A stretch of 64,000 nt of DNA from NCBI GenBank assembly GCA_963665195.1, contig OY762070.1, positions 4,977,809 to 5,041,808 of the forward strand, written 5' to 3'. Origin of the DNA: Pseudomonadales bacterium (lineage in GTDB: Bacteria > Pseudomonadota > Gammaproteobacteria > Pseudomonadales > Azotimanducaceae). Positions within the stretch are counted from its first letter, which is position 1, and every line of letters starts with the position of its first letter. A model generated the notes under the pieces. The model made no database searches. It worked only from the letters and a program-made list of their open reading frames with translations, and was not told where the DNA came from. Below, piece by piece: positions 9,390 to 20,372 of this stretch. Both the position numbers and the translations under genes were made by a program.

Positions 9390-9413
9390 GCGACTGCGAA
9401 GCGGTCGCGTCGC
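9390..9413. repeat. REP-like palindromic element (copy 1)
   Basis: GCGACTGC-GAA-GCGGTCGC hairpin followed by GTCGC. Same 24-mer (1 mismatch) as 17077-17100. Confidence 0.7.
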
Positions 9414-9428
9414 CGACTTCGAATCCAC

Positions 9429-10211
9429 TCATGGCGGTCTGCCTCTTCCATGGTACGAATGTGGCCAGTTGCTGGCTGTTTGGTTCGCGATCGCCACGAA
9501 CTCCGGCAAGCCGAACTGCTCCGCGCGGCGCCGGGGGTCGATGCCGAGCGCGCGCCAGTCGGCGCCGATGGAGTTTAGGGCATTGCCGAGCGTCTTGCGC
9601 CTTTGGCCGAACGCCAGACGCACGACGTGGCGCAGCACGGACACATCGCACGGTTCCCCCTTTCGGGCCAGCAGGCGGACGAAGGACGAAGCGACCTTCG
9701 GCGGCGGGCGGAAGCTCTGCGGGTCGACATCGAACAGGCGGTCGATGGCGCAGTGGTACTGGGCGATCACCGACAGCCGGCCGTAGGCCTTGGTGCCGGG
9801 CCGGGCGGTCAGTCGTTCGGCCACTTCGCGCTGCAGCATGAAGTGCATGTCCACGCAGCGCTTGGCCTCGGCGAACAGCCGGTCCAAGAGCGGCGTCGCG
9901 ATGTTGTAGGGGAGGTTGCCGACAACCCGGCGGGGCGTCGCCAGGAAAGGCTCGAGGTCGGCGGCCAGGGCGTCGGCGCGGACCAGTTCGAGGGCGGGGA
10001 AGCTGGCCCGCAGACCGGCGGCCAGATCGCGATCGATTTCGATGGCGGCGACGCTGCCCGCCTCCGCCAGCAGGCGCCCGGTCAGCGCCCCCGCGCCGGG
10101 GCCGATTTCCAGCACCGCGTCATCCGGGCGCAGGCGCAGGGCGGCGAATATGCGCTCGACAGCGGCGGGATCCGCCAGGAAGTGCTGCCCGAAGCGCTTG
10201 CGAACGGGCAC
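9429..10211 (-). CDS. rsmA: 16S rRNA (adenine1518/1519-N6)-dimethyltransferase
   Basis: FGQHFL, EIGPGAGALT and GNLPYNI motifs. Position upstream of apaG. Confidence 0.93.
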   Translation of the reverse strand: MPVRKRFGQHFLADPAAVERIFAALRLRPDDAVLEIGPGAGALTGRLLAEAGSVAAIEIDRDLAAGLRASFPALELVRADALAADLEPFLATPRRVVGNLPYNIATPLLDRLFAEAKRCVDMHFMLQREVAERLTARPGTKAYGRLSVIAQYHCAIDRLFDVDPQSFRPPPKVASSFVRLLARKGEPCDVSVLRHVVRLAFGQRRKTLGNALNSIGADWRALGIDPRRRAEQFGLPEFVAIANQTASNWPHSYHGRGRPP

Positions 10212-10269
10212 CGAGTCGGCGTCCTAGGCGTGCGGATGCCCGACGGCGAGCATCGGTGCCGAGAGGGTT

Positions 10270-11601
10270 CTAGTTGGTTTCCGCGGCCTCCTCGTCCGCA
10301 TCCTCGCGGGCGGTCAACTCGACGCGGTGGTCCACGTAGGCTTCATCGCGGATTTCGCTCAGCCACTCCTGCAGGCGTTCGTCGAAGCGGCGCGCATGCA
10401 GCACGCGGGTGGCGTAGTCGCGGCGCGCCTCCTCGCTGGCGTCCGCCTCGCGGCGGTCCAGCACTTGCAGCACATGCCAGCCGAACTCGGAGCGGAACAC
10501 CGGCGAGAACTCGCCGATGGCGGTGGCGTCCATGATGTCGCGAAACTCGGTGACGAACGCCTCGCCCGTGCTCCAGCCGAGTTCGCCGCCGGCGAGAGCC
10601 GAACCGGGGTCGTCCGAGAACTCCCGGGCGAGCGCCGCGAAGTCTTCGCCGCCGATCAGCCGCTCGCGGACGGACTCGGCGGTGGCCTTCGCCTCGGCAT
10701 CCGAACGGATGGTGGATGGCGAGACCAGAATATGGCGTACCTGCGTCTCGTTGGCCCGTTGCTGCGATGCGCCGCGCATGTCGAGCAGCTTGACGATGTG
10801 GAATCCGGCGGCGTTCTGCAGCGGCGGGGCGACCTCGCCGATCTCAAGCTCAAGGACCTGCTCCGCGAACAGTCCCGGCAGGCGGCTGGCCCGGCGCCAG
10901 CCGAGGTCGCCGCCTTCGAGGGCGGTGCCGGCGGCCGAATGCTCCATCGCCGCGGCGGCGAAGTCCGCGCCGTCGCGCAGCGTCGCGGCGATCGCCTCGG
11001 CCTGCTGCCGCACTCGCTCGATTGCCGCTGGGGAGGCGCCGGCGGCGACGGCGAGCAGGATGTGGCCGACCCGGTACTCGTCCGACAGCTGCTCGGCGAA
11101 GAACGGCGAGGAGAGCAGCTCCTCGATGTCCTGTTCGGTGATGTACACGCGCCGATTCACCACCTCGCGCTGCACGCGGTCGATGCTGAGCTGGCGGCGC
11201 ACCTGGTCGCGGAAGGCGCGGTAGGAGAGGCCCTCGCTCGTCAGCGCTTCGATGAACTGGTCGATGCTCATGCCGTTCTCGGCGGCATAGTCGCCGACCG
11301 CCCGGGTGAGGGTCTCGTCGTCCACCAGGATGCCGCGGCTCTCGGCTTCCTGGAGCTGGATGCTCTCGATGATGAGGCGCTCCAGAATCTGCTCCAGAAT
11401 GGCTTCCTGCGGCGGCGCGCCGCCTTGTTCGCTGGCCTGAATCTGCCGCATAACCGTGTGGAAGCGTTCCATCACTTCGCTGGCGAGCACCACGTCGTCG
11501 TTGACGATGGCGATGATCTCGTCCACCGGCTCCGGTTCGGCCGCGACCTGAAGGGCGGTCGCCAGCACGCCGGCCGCCAGCGCTTGAGATGCGAGTCTCA
11601 T
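10270..11601 (-). CDS. surA: periplasmic chaperone / peptidyl-prolyl isomerase SurA
   Basis: Signal peptide, SurA N-domain, two parvulin domains (RHILV, GGDLGW, GWHVLQV). Downstream of lptD. Confidence 0.92.
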   Translation of the reverse strand: MRLASQALAAGVLATALQVAAEPEPVDEIIAIVNDDVVLASEVMERFHTVMRQIQASEQGGAPPQEAILEQILERLIIESIQLQEAESRGILVDDETLTRAVGDYAAENGMSIDQFIEALTSEGLSYRAFRDQVRRQLSIDRVQREVVNRRVYITEQDIEELLSSPFFAEQLSDEYRVGHILLAVAAGASPAAIERVRQQAEAIAATLRDGADFAAAAMEHSAAGTALEGGDLGWRRASRLPGLFAEQVLELEIGEVAPPLQNAAGFHIVKLLDMRGASQQRANETQVRHILVSPSTIRSDAEAKATAESVRERLIGGEDFAALAREFSDDPGSALAGGELGWSTGEAFVTEFRDIMDATAIGEFSPVFRSEFGWHVLQVLDRREADASEEARRDYATRVLHARRFDERLQEWLSEIRDEAYVDHRVELTAREDADEEAAETN

Positions 11602-13922
11602 CGTTGTGTTTCCTCCGCTCGAAAGCCCTTGATGCCACGTTCAAGGCGCGAGTCTACCTTGCTGCCGAAGCCGGCGAGACCGCGCAGCAGCACCTGCACG
11701 AGCAGGCCCTGGTCGTGGCCCGCCAGCGGCGTCGGCCGATTGCGCGGCGCGTTGATGGTCTTGTGCCACAGCGCCCGCACCGCCAGGCAGCAGTTCGCGT
11801 ACTCGACGCCGCCGAACGCCTCGATGATTTGACCGTGCCGCCAGTCGTGGTTCCATCGCCCGAAACCGGCCCACTGCCGGGCCAGCGGCCAGTGGAACGA
11901 GACCTCGGTCTGATCGATGCCGATCAGGGCTCGGCGCCGGTAGCCGAGATTGACCAGGCGGCGGCTGTCCCGGCGATAGCCGAGCGCGATGCCCGCCTCC
12001 TCCAACTCGCCCTCGTCGGCGTGCCAGGCGAAGGTCGATTGCGCCCGCAGGCGCCCGAAGCTGCCGTCGAGTTCGCCGGCGATGGACGATGCGGGCTGCG
12101 GCGCCGCTTGGCCGCCGAGCGCTACCAGCGGATCGTCCATATGGCGTACCACGCCGACCCGCGCCGCTAGGCGCTCGGCGCCGGTGGCGGCATCGAGCAG
12201 TCGGCTGGCAACGCCGATGGCCAGCCGGTCGGCATCGCCGATCCGGTCCAGGCCGGCGAAGCGGTTGTCGCGGAACAGCTGCCGATAGGAGAACGTCAGC
12301 CGGGCCGCATCGAAGCGGGGCAGGTGCGCCTGCTCCGCGTGGGACTGGTAGAGGTAGTACAGGCGCGGCTCCAAGGTCTGGATGCGACCTGCGGCGGCGT
12401 CGCGCTCGAACACGAGGCCGCCGTCTAGGCTGGCGAGGCGAATGCGGCGTTCCGGGCGCTGATCGGCGCTTGCGCCGGCGCCCGACAGGTCGTAGGCCGT
12501 GTGGCGCAGTCCGGTGGCGAGAGCGAGGAAGCCCCAGGATCGATGCCAGGCCAGCCGCAGGCGCGGCTCGACATGCAGGCGGCTGCCGCGCACCGCGCCT
12601 TGGCGCGCCGACGGCGGCTCGAAAGACGCCCAGGCGGCGCTCAGCGTCCAGCCGAGCGGGCCGAGCAGATCGCCCGTGTACGCAACGTTCGCTTCGGGCA
12701 GGCGGCGGTACGGTTCGCTGCCGGGCTCGAGACGCTGGAATCCCTGCGCCCACAACCGTGCTGTGAACGCGCCGAGGTCGAACTCCGCTTCCGCCCGGCG
12801 TTCTAGGGACACGCGGCTCGACACGGCCAGTTCCGAGCCGAGATCCACGAAGTAGTCGTTGTCGCTGACGGCGTCGGCTTCGGCCAGGGTGCGCAGCGCA
12901 CCGAAGCGGCCGACATGGCGGGCACTCATCAGCCAGCGATCGGCCGGGACGAAATCCGCGCCGGGTTCGAGCGCGACAAGATCGGTGCGCGACAGGCGGC
13001 CGTCGTAGGCGCGGTCGTCGGCGAGGAAGGCGCCGCCAAGCGTGCTTCCGGTGCCGCGGCCGAGGTGGCGCAGTTCGCCTTCGACGCCGACGCCCCGGGC
13101 GTCGATGCTGCGCACAGCGAGGGTAGCGTCGGCGTTCGGCGCGATGTTCAGGTAATAGGGCGCGGCGATGTCCAGCCCGTCCTCGTCGTCGTGGCGGAGA
13201 TCCGGGAGCAGGAAGCCGCTGCTGCGCGCCGCGCCCACCGGAAAGCGCAGGTAGGGGGCGTAGAACACCGGCGCTCTGCCGAGCTTGAGGCGCAGGTGGC
13301 GGGCGCTCGCGGTCGCGGCGTCCGCGTCGATGCGGATGGACTTCGCTTGGACGGTCCACATGCCGCGCTGCGGCGGGCAGCGGGTCAGGCTGGGTTCGAC
13401 CAGCCGCAGCGCGTCGCCGCTGCGCTCGACGCGGGTCGCGCTGCCGCGCAGTTCCAAGTCCGTCAGCACGAACTCGGCATTCGCCAGGGTCGCCTGATCG
13501 GCATCCAGCCGGAACACCGCATCGCTGCCTGCGGCCTCGAAGCCGGGCTCGCCGAAGCGCACTGCGCCGCGGCTGCGCGCCACCGAGAGGGCGTCCTCCA
13601 GACGCACTTCGGTCGCCGTCAGCGAGCGGGCGCCGTGCCGCAGATGCACATCGCCGCGCAGCGTCGCCGGGCCGTCGATGGTGCCCTCCAGGGCGGCGGC
13701 GCTGATCGTCGCCGCGTCCGATCCGGCGTCGGGGTCCGCCGGTCGGCCGATGTACGCGCCGGCGCAGTACCAGTGGCGGCGCTCGGCGTCGGCAAGCGGC
13801 GTCCACAGGACCTCGGCCAACTCCCCGCCGCCAGCACCGCAAGGCGCGACGATGGCCAGCAGCAGGGGCCAAGCGGCGCGGTGTATTGCGGTCCGCCTGC
13901 GCGCTCGCGACAATCGCGCCAT
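11598..13922 (-). CDS. lptD: LPS-assembly outer-membrane protein LptD
   Basis: 774 aa. Signal-like N-terminus MARLSRARRRTAIHRAAWPLLLAIVAPCGA, OstA-type N-domain and a long beta-barrel. Stop overlaps the surA start. Start chosen at the first Met giving a signal peptide. Confidence 0.88.
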   Translation of the reverse strand: MARLSRARRRTAIHRAAWPLLLAIVAPCGAGGGELAEVLWTPLADAERRHWYCAGAYIGRPADPDAGSDAATISAAALEGTIDGPATLRGDVHLRHGARSLTATEVRLEDALSVARSRGAVRFGEPGFEAAGSDAVFRLDADQATLANAEFVLTDLELRGSATRVERSGDALRLVEPSLTRCPPQRGMWTVQAKSIRIDADAATASARHLRLKLGRAPVFYAPYLRFPVGAARSSGFLLPDLRHDDEDGLDIAAPYYLNIAPNADATLAVRSIDARGVGVEGELRHLGRGTGSTLGGAFLADDRAYDGRLSRTDLVALEPGADFVPADRWLMSARHVGRFGALRTLAEADAVSDNDYFVDLGSELAVSSRVSLERRAEAEFDLGAFTARLWAQGFQRLEPGSEPYRRLPEANVAYTGDLLGPLGWTLSAAWASFEPPSARQGAVRGSRLHVEPRLRLAWHRSWGFLALATGLRHTAYDLSGAGASADQRPERRIRLASLDGGLVFERDAAAGRIQTLEPRLYYLYQSHAEQAHLPRFDAARLTFSYRQLFRDNRFAGLDRIGDADRLAIGVASRLLDAATGAERLAARVGVVRHMDDPLVALGGQAAPQPASSIAGELDGSFGRLRAQSTFAWHADEGELEEAGIALGYRRDSRRLVNLGYRRRALIGIDQTEVSFHWPLARQWAGFGRWNHDWRHGQIIEAFGGVEYANCCLAVRALWHKTINAPRNRPTPLAGHDQGLLVQVLLRGLAGFGSKVDSRLERGIKGFRAEETQR

Positions 13923-14922
13923 GCCATGCGCCAGCGCCGTAGAAAGCCCGTCGGCGGAAGAACTTGCCGCCTGGGCGGCGCAAGCGCTCGGCGCGGCGCG
14001 CGCGGAGCTCGTGCCGTTGCCCGTCGAGGCCAGCACGCGACGCTTCTTTCGGGTGTCCGGGGCAGCCGTGGAGGGCTCGTTCATCGCCATGCATTCACCG
14101 CCTGCGACGGAGCATAACCCGCGCTTCGCGCGTCTCGCGCGCCGATTCCGGGCCCACGGCCTGCACACGCCCGCCATTCACGCCACCGACTTCGAGCGCG
14201 GCTTCGTGCTCATGGAGGACTTGGGCGAGACCGACTTCGCGGCGGCGTACGGGCGCGGCGATGTCGACGCGCCGCTCGATGCAGCGCTGCGGGCGCTGGC
14301 TGCCCTGCAACGCATGGCGCCGGACGGCATTCCGCCGTACACGGTGGAGCGCTTGCGCGATGAACTCGGCATCTTCGACGAGTGGCTGGTGGGCCGCTTT
14401 CTCGGCTGCTCCCTGCGGCCGCTGTTCGCCGCGACCGCGGACGCGCTCATCGACGCGACGCAGAGCGTGCCGAGCTGCGTCGTGCATCGGGACTACCACT
14501 GCCGGAACCTGATCTGGCGCGGCGATGGCAGCGTCGGCATCGTCGACTTCCAGGATGCGCTGGTGGGGCCGGCGTGCTACGACATCGCGTCGCTCCTGCG
14601 CGACTGCTACCATGTCTTCGATGAACGGGCGGTGCGGCGCTGGCGGCGGCGCTTCCATGAGATGGCCGACATCGACTGCCCGGCCGACATCTTCGAACGC
14701 GCCTTCGATCTCACCGCCATCCAGCGCCAACTCAAAGCCGTGGGCATCTTCGCCCGGCTGCACCTGCGCCTCGGCAGGCCGAGCCATGTGCGCGACATCG
14801 TGCCGGTGCTGCGCCGCATCGAAAGCCTCGGGCGCGGCTACCCGGAGACGGCGGAGCTCGCGGCTTGGATCGAAGCCGAGGTGCTGCCGCGCGCGGCCGA
14901 GCGGGTGGCGGCGCTGTCGTGA
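13921..14922 (+). CDS. amgK: N-acetylmuramate/N-acetylglucosamine kinase (aminoglycoside phosphotransferase fold)
   Basis: FFRV, VHRDYHCRNL and IVDFQDA (APH-type catalytic and Mg loops). Conserved divergent position next to lptD, followed by murU. Confidence 0.85.
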   Translation: MPCASAVESPSAEELAAWAAQALGAARAELVPLPVEASTRRFFRVSGAAVEGSFIAMHSPPATEHNPRFARLARRFRAHGLHTPAIHATDFERGFVLMEDLGETDFAAAYGRGDVDAPLDAALRALAALQRMAPDGIPPYTVERLRDELGIFDEWLVGRFLGCSLRPLFAATADALIDATQSVPSCVVHRDYHCRNLIWRGDGSVGIVDFQDALVGPACYDIASLLRDCYHVFDERAVRRWRRRFHEMADIDCPADIFERAFDLTAIQRQLKAVGIFARLHLRLGRPSHVRDIVPVLRRIESLGRGYPETAELAAWIEAEVLPRAAERVAALS

Positions 14923-15575
14923 AGGCGATGATCCTCGCCGCCGGCCGCGGCGACCGGCTGCGGCCGCTGACCGAGCGGCTGCCGAAGCCGCTCATCCCCA
15001 TCGCCAGCGAGCCGCTCATCGTCCACCAGCTGCGCTGGCTGCACCGCGCCGGCATCCGCGACGTGGTGATCAATGTCCACCATCTGGGCGAACAGATCGA
15101 GCGCGCCCTAGGCAGAGGTGCCGACATCGGCGTGCGCATTCGCTACAGCGTCGAAGAGGAACTGCTGGAAACGGGCGGCGGCATCAAGCGAGCGCTGCCG
15201 CAGCTCCTGCCGTCGCCGTTCCTGGTGCTGAACGGCGACATTTGGACGAACTACCCGTTCCGCCAGCTGCGCGACGCGCGGCCGGGCAAGGCGCGCATCG
15301 TGCTGACGCCGACGCCGGCGCATCGCCCGGCGGGCGACTTCGGTCTGCGCGACGGCCGCGCCACTCGCGCGGGAGAGCGCGACCATACCTACTGTGGCAT
15401 CGGCGTGCTCAGCGAGGCGCTGTTCGAGGACAGCCCGGACGGCGCCTTCTCGCTGCGCGATCTGCTGTTCCGCGCCGCCGCCGCGGGCGAGCTCGAAGGC
15501 GAGGTCTGGGACGGCACTTGGATCGATGTCGGCACCCCGGAACAGCTCAAGCGCGTGCGCCGCCTGACGCTCTGA
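14919..15575 (+). CDS. murU: N-acetylmuramate alpha-1-phosphate uridylyltransferase
   Basis: [16 protein letters not shown] nucleotidyltransferase P-loop. GTGA overlap with the amgK stop (an ATG at 14928 is the alternative start). Confidence 0.85.
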   Translation: MKAMILAAGRGDRLRPLTERLPKPLIPIASEPLIVHQLRWLHRAGIRDVVINVHHLGEQIERALGRGADIGVRIRYSVEEELLETGGGIKRALPQLLPSPFLVLNGDIWTNYPFRQLRDARPGKARIVLTPTPAHRPAGDFGLRDGRATRAGERDHTYCGIGVLSEALFEDSPDGAFSLRDLLFRAAAAGELEGEVWDGTWIDVGTPEQLKRVRRLTL

Positions 15576-15639
15576 CGGCCGCCCGATGGCCGCGACGCGG
15601 CGCGTTGTAGAATGCCGCGCCCTCGAGCCGGGACCGCCT

Positions 15640-16326
15640 GTGAAACGCTGGATCGCGCCTTCCATCCTGGCGGCGGACTTCGCCCGGCTCGGCGACGAAG
15701 TCGGCGCCGTGCTCGCCGCGGGCGCGGATGCCGTGCATTTCGACGTCATGGACAACCACTACGTGCCGAACCTCAGCGTCGGGCCGCTGGTGCTCGAAGC
15801 GCTGCGCCGGCACGGGGTGGCGGCGCCGGTGGACGTGCATCTCATGGTGCGGCCGGTGGACCGGCTGATCGGCGACTTCCTTGCCGCCGGCGCGGACTTC
15901 ATCACCATCCATCCAGAGGCCAGCGAGCATCCGCATCGCTCGCTTGGGCTTATTCGCGACGGCGGCGCGAAGGCCGGGCTGGCGCTCAACCCGGGCACCG
16001 CGGTGGGCGTGCTGGAGCCGCTCATCGACATGGTGGATTTGGTGCTCGTCATGTCCGTCAATCCGGGCTTCGGTGGCCAGGCGTTCCTGCCGTCGAGCCT
16101 CGCCAAGGTCGCCGCCGTCCGGCGCTTGCTCGATTCGGCGGGCAGCGAAGCGCGGCTCGAAATCGACGGCGGCATCAAGGCGGACAATATCGCCCGAGCG
16201 GCCAACGCCGGCGCAGACACCTTTGTCGCCGGTTCGGCGATCTTCGGGGCGCCGCGGGACGCCGAGCGGCGCGAAGACGACTACCGCGCCGTGCTCGAGG
16301 CCATGCGCGCGCAGATCGAGCCGTGA
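15640..16326 (+). CDS. rpe: ribulose-phosphate 3-epimerase
   Basis: [27 protein letters not shown] and [13 protein letters not shown] 15640 gives the canonical N-terminus; the longest ORF starts at 15586. Confidence 0.92.
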   Translation: MKRWIAPSILAADFARLGDEVGAVLAAGADAVHFDVMDNHYVPNLSVGPLVLEALRRHGVAAPVDVHLMVRPVDRLIGDFLAAGADFITIHPEASEHPHRSLGLIRDGGAKAGLALNPGTAVGVLEPLIDMVDLVLVMSVNPGFGGQAFLPSSLAKVAAVRRLLDSAGSEARLEIDGGIKADNIARAANAGADTFVAGSAIFGAPRDAERREDDYRAVLEAMRAQIEP

Positions 16327-16976
16327 TGACCGCCCGCTACGCGGCCTACCTGTTCGATCTCGACGGTACCTTGGTGGACACGGCGCCGGACCTGATGCGC
16401 GCCCTGAACGCGGTGCTCGGCACGGCCGGCCTGCCGCTGGTGGACGAGGCGACCACGCGGCACTGGGTCGGCCACGGGGTGCGGGCGATGCTGGCCGCGG
16501 CGCTCGAACATCACGACGCGGCGGTGTCGGACGAACGCCTGGATCGGCTCTTCAATGCCTGTCTCGAACACTACGGCGCGCATATCGCTGACTACTCGAA
16601 GCCCTATCCGACCGTCGTCGAGACGCTTGCCGCGTTGCAGAAGCGGGTGCCGCTGGCGGTGGTCACCAACAAGCCAGCGCAGTTGACCGAGCAGCTGCTC
16701 GCGGCGCTGAATCTCAGACGCTTCTTCGGCTCGGTGGTGGGCCGGGGAACGACGCGGCTGCACAAGCCGGCGGCGGAGCCTGCGCTGCATGCCTGCCGCG
16801 AACTCGGTGTGCGGCCGGCCGAGGCGCTCTTCGTCGGCGACTCGGCGACCGATGTCGCCTGCGCCCGCGCCGCCGGCTGCCCGGTGGTGCTGTATCGCTA
16901 CGGCTACAACCACGGCGAAGATCCGGACGACTTGGGCGCGGATGCCGTGATTGATTCGCTGGCAGCTCTCCGCTAG
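16326..16976 (+). CDS. gph: phosphoglycolate phosphatase (HAD family)
   Basis: [16 protein letters not shown] and VGDSATDV. Start overlaps the rpe stop. Classical rpe-gph-trpE order. Confidence 0.88.
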   Translation: MTARYAAYLFDLDGTLVDTAPDLMRALNAVLGTAGLPLVDEATTRHWVGHGVRAMLAAALEHHDAAVSDERLDRLFNACLEHYGAHIADYSKPYPTVVETLAALQKRVPLAVVTNKPAQLTEQLLAALNLRRFFGSVVGRGTTRLHKPAAEPALHACRELGVRPAEALFVGDSATDVACARAAGCPVVLYRYGYNHGEDPDDLGADAVIDSLAALR

Positions 16977-17050
16977 GTTGCGTGCCGCCATGCATGTCTC
17001 GACCAAGTCCCGGCCGACCAAACGCCGCCCGCCGCTCACTTCGCCCGCGG

Positions 17051-17100
17051 GAGAATTCGCGCAGCGAATTCTCGGGGCGACCGCGAAGCGGTCGCGTCGC
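17051..17100. repeat. two tandem perfect hairpins, the second a REP-like element (copy 2)
   Basis: GAGAATTCGC-GCA-GCGAATTCTC (17051-17073), then GCGACCGC-GAA-GCGGTCGC (17077-17095) plus GTCGC. Lies in the gph-trpE spacer. Confidence 0.7.
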
Positions 17101-17178
17101 TGGCGGGGACCCGCGCCTCTCCCCTGGGGGTGGCCCATGCCGCCACGTCAAGCCAAGTCGCAGCCAAGGTCGACAAAG

Positions 17179-18666
17179 ATGAACCAGCAGGAATTCGACG
17201 CTCTCGCGAGCCAAGGCTACTCCCACATCCCCGTGACGCACGAGATCCTCGCCGATCTCGACACGCCGCTGTCCACCTACTTGAAGCTCGCCGACGGGCC
17301 CTACTCGTACCTCCTGGAGTCCGCTGGCCAAGGCGGCGAGAAGTGGGGGCGCTACTCGATCATCGGCCTGCCGGCGCGGACGGTGATCCGCGTCCGGGGC
17401 GCCAGGCTGACGGTGGAAGAGGACGGCGCGGTAGTCGAAGAGTCGCAGACGGACGATCCGCTGGCCTTCGTGGAAGCCTACAGCCGCCGCTTCAACGTCC
17501 CGGACCTGCCGGAGTTGCCGCGCTTCTTCGGCGGGCTCGTCGGCTACTTCGGCTACGACACGATCCGCTACGTGGAGAAGCGTCTCAAGCACACCGCGCC
17601 GCCGGACGATCTCGGCACGCCGGACATCCTGCTCATGGTGTCGAGCGACGTCATCGTCTTCGACAGCGTCGCCGGACGCATGAAGCTGATCTCGCTCGCA
17701 GAGCCGTCGCGGCCCGACGCCTATCCGAGGGCGGTGGAGGCGCTGGAAGCGCGGGCACGAAGGCTCGACGCCGCGGTGCCGCGTATCGCCGCGTCCACCG
17801 CCAATCAGCCCGTGGAGGAGAGCGACTTCGAGTCCGCCTACGGGGAGCAGAACTTCAAGGACGCGGTGGAGCGCATCCGCGAGTACATCCGCGCCGGCGA
17901 CGTCATGCAGGTGGTGCTGTCGCAGCGCATGTCGATCCCGTTCGCCAGTGCGCCGATCAACCTCTACCGGGCGCTGCGCGGACTGAATCCGTCGCCGTAC
18001 ATGTACTTCATGAACCTCGGCGACTTCCATATCGTGAGTTCGTCGCCGGAGATCCTCGCCCGGGTGGAAGACGGCGGGATCGTCAACCGGCCGCTTGCCG
18101 GCACGCGCCGCCGCGGCCGCACGGAGGCCGAGGATCTCGCGATGGAGCAGGAACTCCTCAGCGACCCCAAGGAGATCGCCGAACACCTGATGCTCATCGA
18201 CCTCGGCCGCAACGACGTTGGGCGCGTTGCCAAGGTGGGCAGCGTCAAGGTGACGGAGCAGTTCGTCATCGAACGCTACTCGCATGTGATGCACATCTCG
18301 TCCAACGTCGTCGGCGACCTCGAAGAGGGCCGCACTGCCGTGGATGTGCTGCGGGCGACGCTGCCGGTGGGCACGCTGTCCGGGGCGCCGAAGATCCGCG
18401 CCATGGAGATCATCGACGATCTCGAACCGGTGAAGCGCGGCGTCTACGGCGGCGCGGTGGGCTATCTGGCATGGAACGGCAACATGGACACCGCCATCGC
18501 CATCCGCACGGCACTCGTCAAGGACGGCATGCTCTACATCCAGGCTGGCGGCGGGGTGGTGGCGGACTCCATCGGGCGCCTCGAGTGGAAGGAGAGCATG
18601 AACAAGGGCCGCGCGATCTTCCGCGCCGCGCGCGTGGCGGAGCTGTCGTTCCGCGAGCTGGACTGA
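17179..18666 (+). CDS. trpE: anthranilate synthase component I
   Basis: 495 aa. [33 protein letters not shown] and GGAVGY motifs. Confidence 0.95.
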   Translation: MNQQEFDALASQGYSHIPVTHEILADLDTPLSTYLKLADGPYSYLLESAGQGGEKWGRYSIIGLPARTVIRVRGARLTVEEDGAVVEESQTDDPLAFVEAYSRRFNVPDLPELPRFFGGLVGYFGYDTIRYVEKRLKHTAPPDDLGTPDILLMVSSDVIVFDSVAGRMKLISLAEPSRPDAYPRAVEALEARARRLDAAVPRIAASTANQPVEESDFESAYGEQNFKDAVERIREYIRAGDVMQVVLSQRMSIPFASAPINLYRALRGLNPSPYMYFMNLGDFHIVSSSPEILARVEDGGIVNRPLAGTRRRGRTEAEDLAMEQELLSDPKEIAEHLMLIDLGRNDVGRVAKVGSVKVTEQFVIERYSHVMHISSNVVGDLEEGRTAVDVLRATLPVGTLSGAPKIRAMEIIDDLEPVKRGVYGGAVGYLAWNGNMDTAIAIRTALVKDGMLYIQAGGGVVADSIGRLEWKESMNKGRAIFRAARVAELSFRELD

Positions 18667-18712
18667 GCCGTTAAACTGCGCCACTTGAACTCGATCGGTC
18701 GGGGTAGGCGAG

Positions 18713-19093
18713 GTGAAGACCGTGCTCTGGGTGGCTCTCGGCGGCGCTTGCGGCGCCGTGCTGCGCTATGCGGCGCAGAGCGCCGCCGCGGCTTGGTCGC
18801 TGCCGGGCGGGACGATCCTCGGCACATGGTTCGTCAACGTCGCTGGGTGCCTCGCGATCGGCATGGTGCTCGGCGCGTTCGCCGGCGCCGCTTGGTTCGA
18901 GGGCGGCGGCAGGGCCTTCCTGGTGGTCGGGGTGCTCGGCGCATTCACGACGTTCTCGGCCTTCTCCGCCGACGCGATGACGCTCTACGCGCAAGGCCGC
19001 ACCTTCTGGGCGGTCGCCTATGCGGTGGTCACGGTGGTGCTTTGCCTCGCCGCGGCGTTCGCGGGCTATCGACTGGTCGGGGCGCTGCGATGA
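18713..19093 (+). CDS. crcB: fluoride ion channel CrcB/FluC
   Basis: 126 aa, four TM segments. [10 protein letters not shown] and GAFTTFSAF motifs. GTG start. Confidence 0.9.
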   Translation: MKTVLWVALGGACGAVLRYAAQSAAAAWSLPGGTILGTWFVNVAGCLAIGMVLGAFAGAAWFEGGGRAFLVVGVLGAFTTFSAFSADAMTLYAQGRTFWAVAYAVVTVVLCLAAAFAGYRLVGALR

Positions 19094-20367
19094 TCGACCC
19101 CGGGAGGCTGCGCCAGGACCTCGACGGCATCGCGGCGCGCCTTGCCTCGCGCGGCGGCGAACTCGATGTCGAACGCTTCGAAAGCCTCGATTCCCGCCGC
19201 AGGGCCCTGCAGCTCGAAACCGAGCGCATGCAGCACGAGCGACGGACCGCATCGAAACGCATCGGCGCCGCCCGTGCCGCCGGGGAGGACATCGCGCCGC
19301 TGGTGGCGGCGGTGGGCGACCTTGGCGACCGTCTCGATGCCGTGAAGGCGGAGTTCGATGCCGTCCGCGCGGAGCTCGACGCCTTCGTGCGGACGATTCC
19401 GAACGTGCCCGACGACAGCGTGCCGCACGGTGGCGGCGAAGAGGACAATGTGGAGCTGCGCCGCGGCGGCGAGCTGCCGACGGCGAACTTCGAGCCCCGC
19501 GACCACGTGGAACTGGCGCCGGACGGCATCGATTTGGCGGCGGCCGCGAAGCTGGCCGGGGCGCGCTTCTCGGTGCTGCGCGGTGCGCTCGCGAGGCTGC
19601 ACCGGGGCCTCACGCAGTTCATGCTCGACATCCACACCGGCGAGCACGGCTACGAGGAGGTCTACGTGCCGTATCTGGTGGACCGGCAGATCCTCGAGGG
19701 CACGGGGCAGCTGCCGAAGTTCGAGGAGGACCTGTTCGCCATCGGCGGCGAGCGCGACCAGTTCCTGATTCCGACGGCCGAGGTGCCGGTCACGAATCTG
19801 GTCCGGGAGAGCATTCTCGATTCCGCCGAACTGCCACTTCGGTTCGTCGCCCACACCCCTTGCTTCCGCAGCGAGGCGGGCAGCTACGGCAAGGACATGC
19901 GCGGCATCTTCCGCCAGCACCAGTTCGAGAAGGTTGAACTGGTGCAGATCGTCCATCCGGACGAGTCTTGGCGGGCGCTGGACGAACTCACCGACCATGC
20001 CGAGACCATCCTGAAGCGCCTCGAACTGCCGTATCGCGCCATGCTGCTCTGCACCGGCGATCTGGGCTTTGCCGCGGCGAAGACCATCGATCTCGAAGTG
20101 TGGCTGCCGGGCGAGGGGCGCTATCGCGAGATCTCCTCGTGCAGCAACTTCCTCGATTTCCAAGCGCGGCGCATGATGGCGCGCTACCGCGACGAGGGCG
20201 GCGGCCGCCCTGCCTACGTGCATACCTTGAACGGTTCAGGTCTGGCCGTCGGTCGGACGCTGATCGCCGTGCTGGAGAACTACCAGGACGGCGAGGGCGC
20301 GGTGCATGTCCCCGATGCCCTACGGCCATACATGGGCGGCGCGGCGCGGCTCGAACTCGGCGCCTGA
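19090..20367 (+). CDS. serS: serine--tRNA ligase
   Basis: Coiled-coil N-domain and class II motifs ([16 protein letters not shown]). ATGA overlap with crcB. Confidence 0.95.
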   Translation: MIDPGRLRQDLDGIAARLASRGGELDVERFESLDSRRRALQLETERMQHERRTASKRIGAARAAGEDIAPLVAAVGDLGDRLDAVKAEFDAVRAELDAFVRTIPNVPDDSVPHGGGEEDNVELRRGGELPTANFEPRDHVELAPDGIDLAAAAKLAGARFSVLRGALARLHRGLTQFMLDIHTGEHGYEEVYVPYLVDRQILEGTGQLPKFEEDLFAIGGERDQFLIPTAEVPVTNLVRESILDSAELPLRFVAHTPCFRSEAGSYGKDMRGIFRQHQFEKVELVQIVHPDESWRALDELTDHAETILKRLELPYRAMLLCTGDLGFAAAKTIDLEVWLPGEGRYREISSCSNFLDFQARRMMARYRDEGGGRPAYVHTLNGSGLAVGRTLIAVLENYQDGEGAVHVPDALRPYMGGAARLELGA

Positions 20368-20372
20368 AGGCC

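Noticed and set aside
16977-17178. Possible trp leader peptide or attenuator upstream of trpE
   Set aside because: There is no short ORF with tandem Trp codons and no U-rich terminator. The hairpins there are better explained as REP-like elements.
18667-18712. Possible fluoride riboswitch upstream of crcB
   Set aside because: Only 46 nt separate trpE from crcB. I could not find the conserved crcB-motif pseudoknot elements. crcB is more likely read through from trpE or driven by a promoter inside it.
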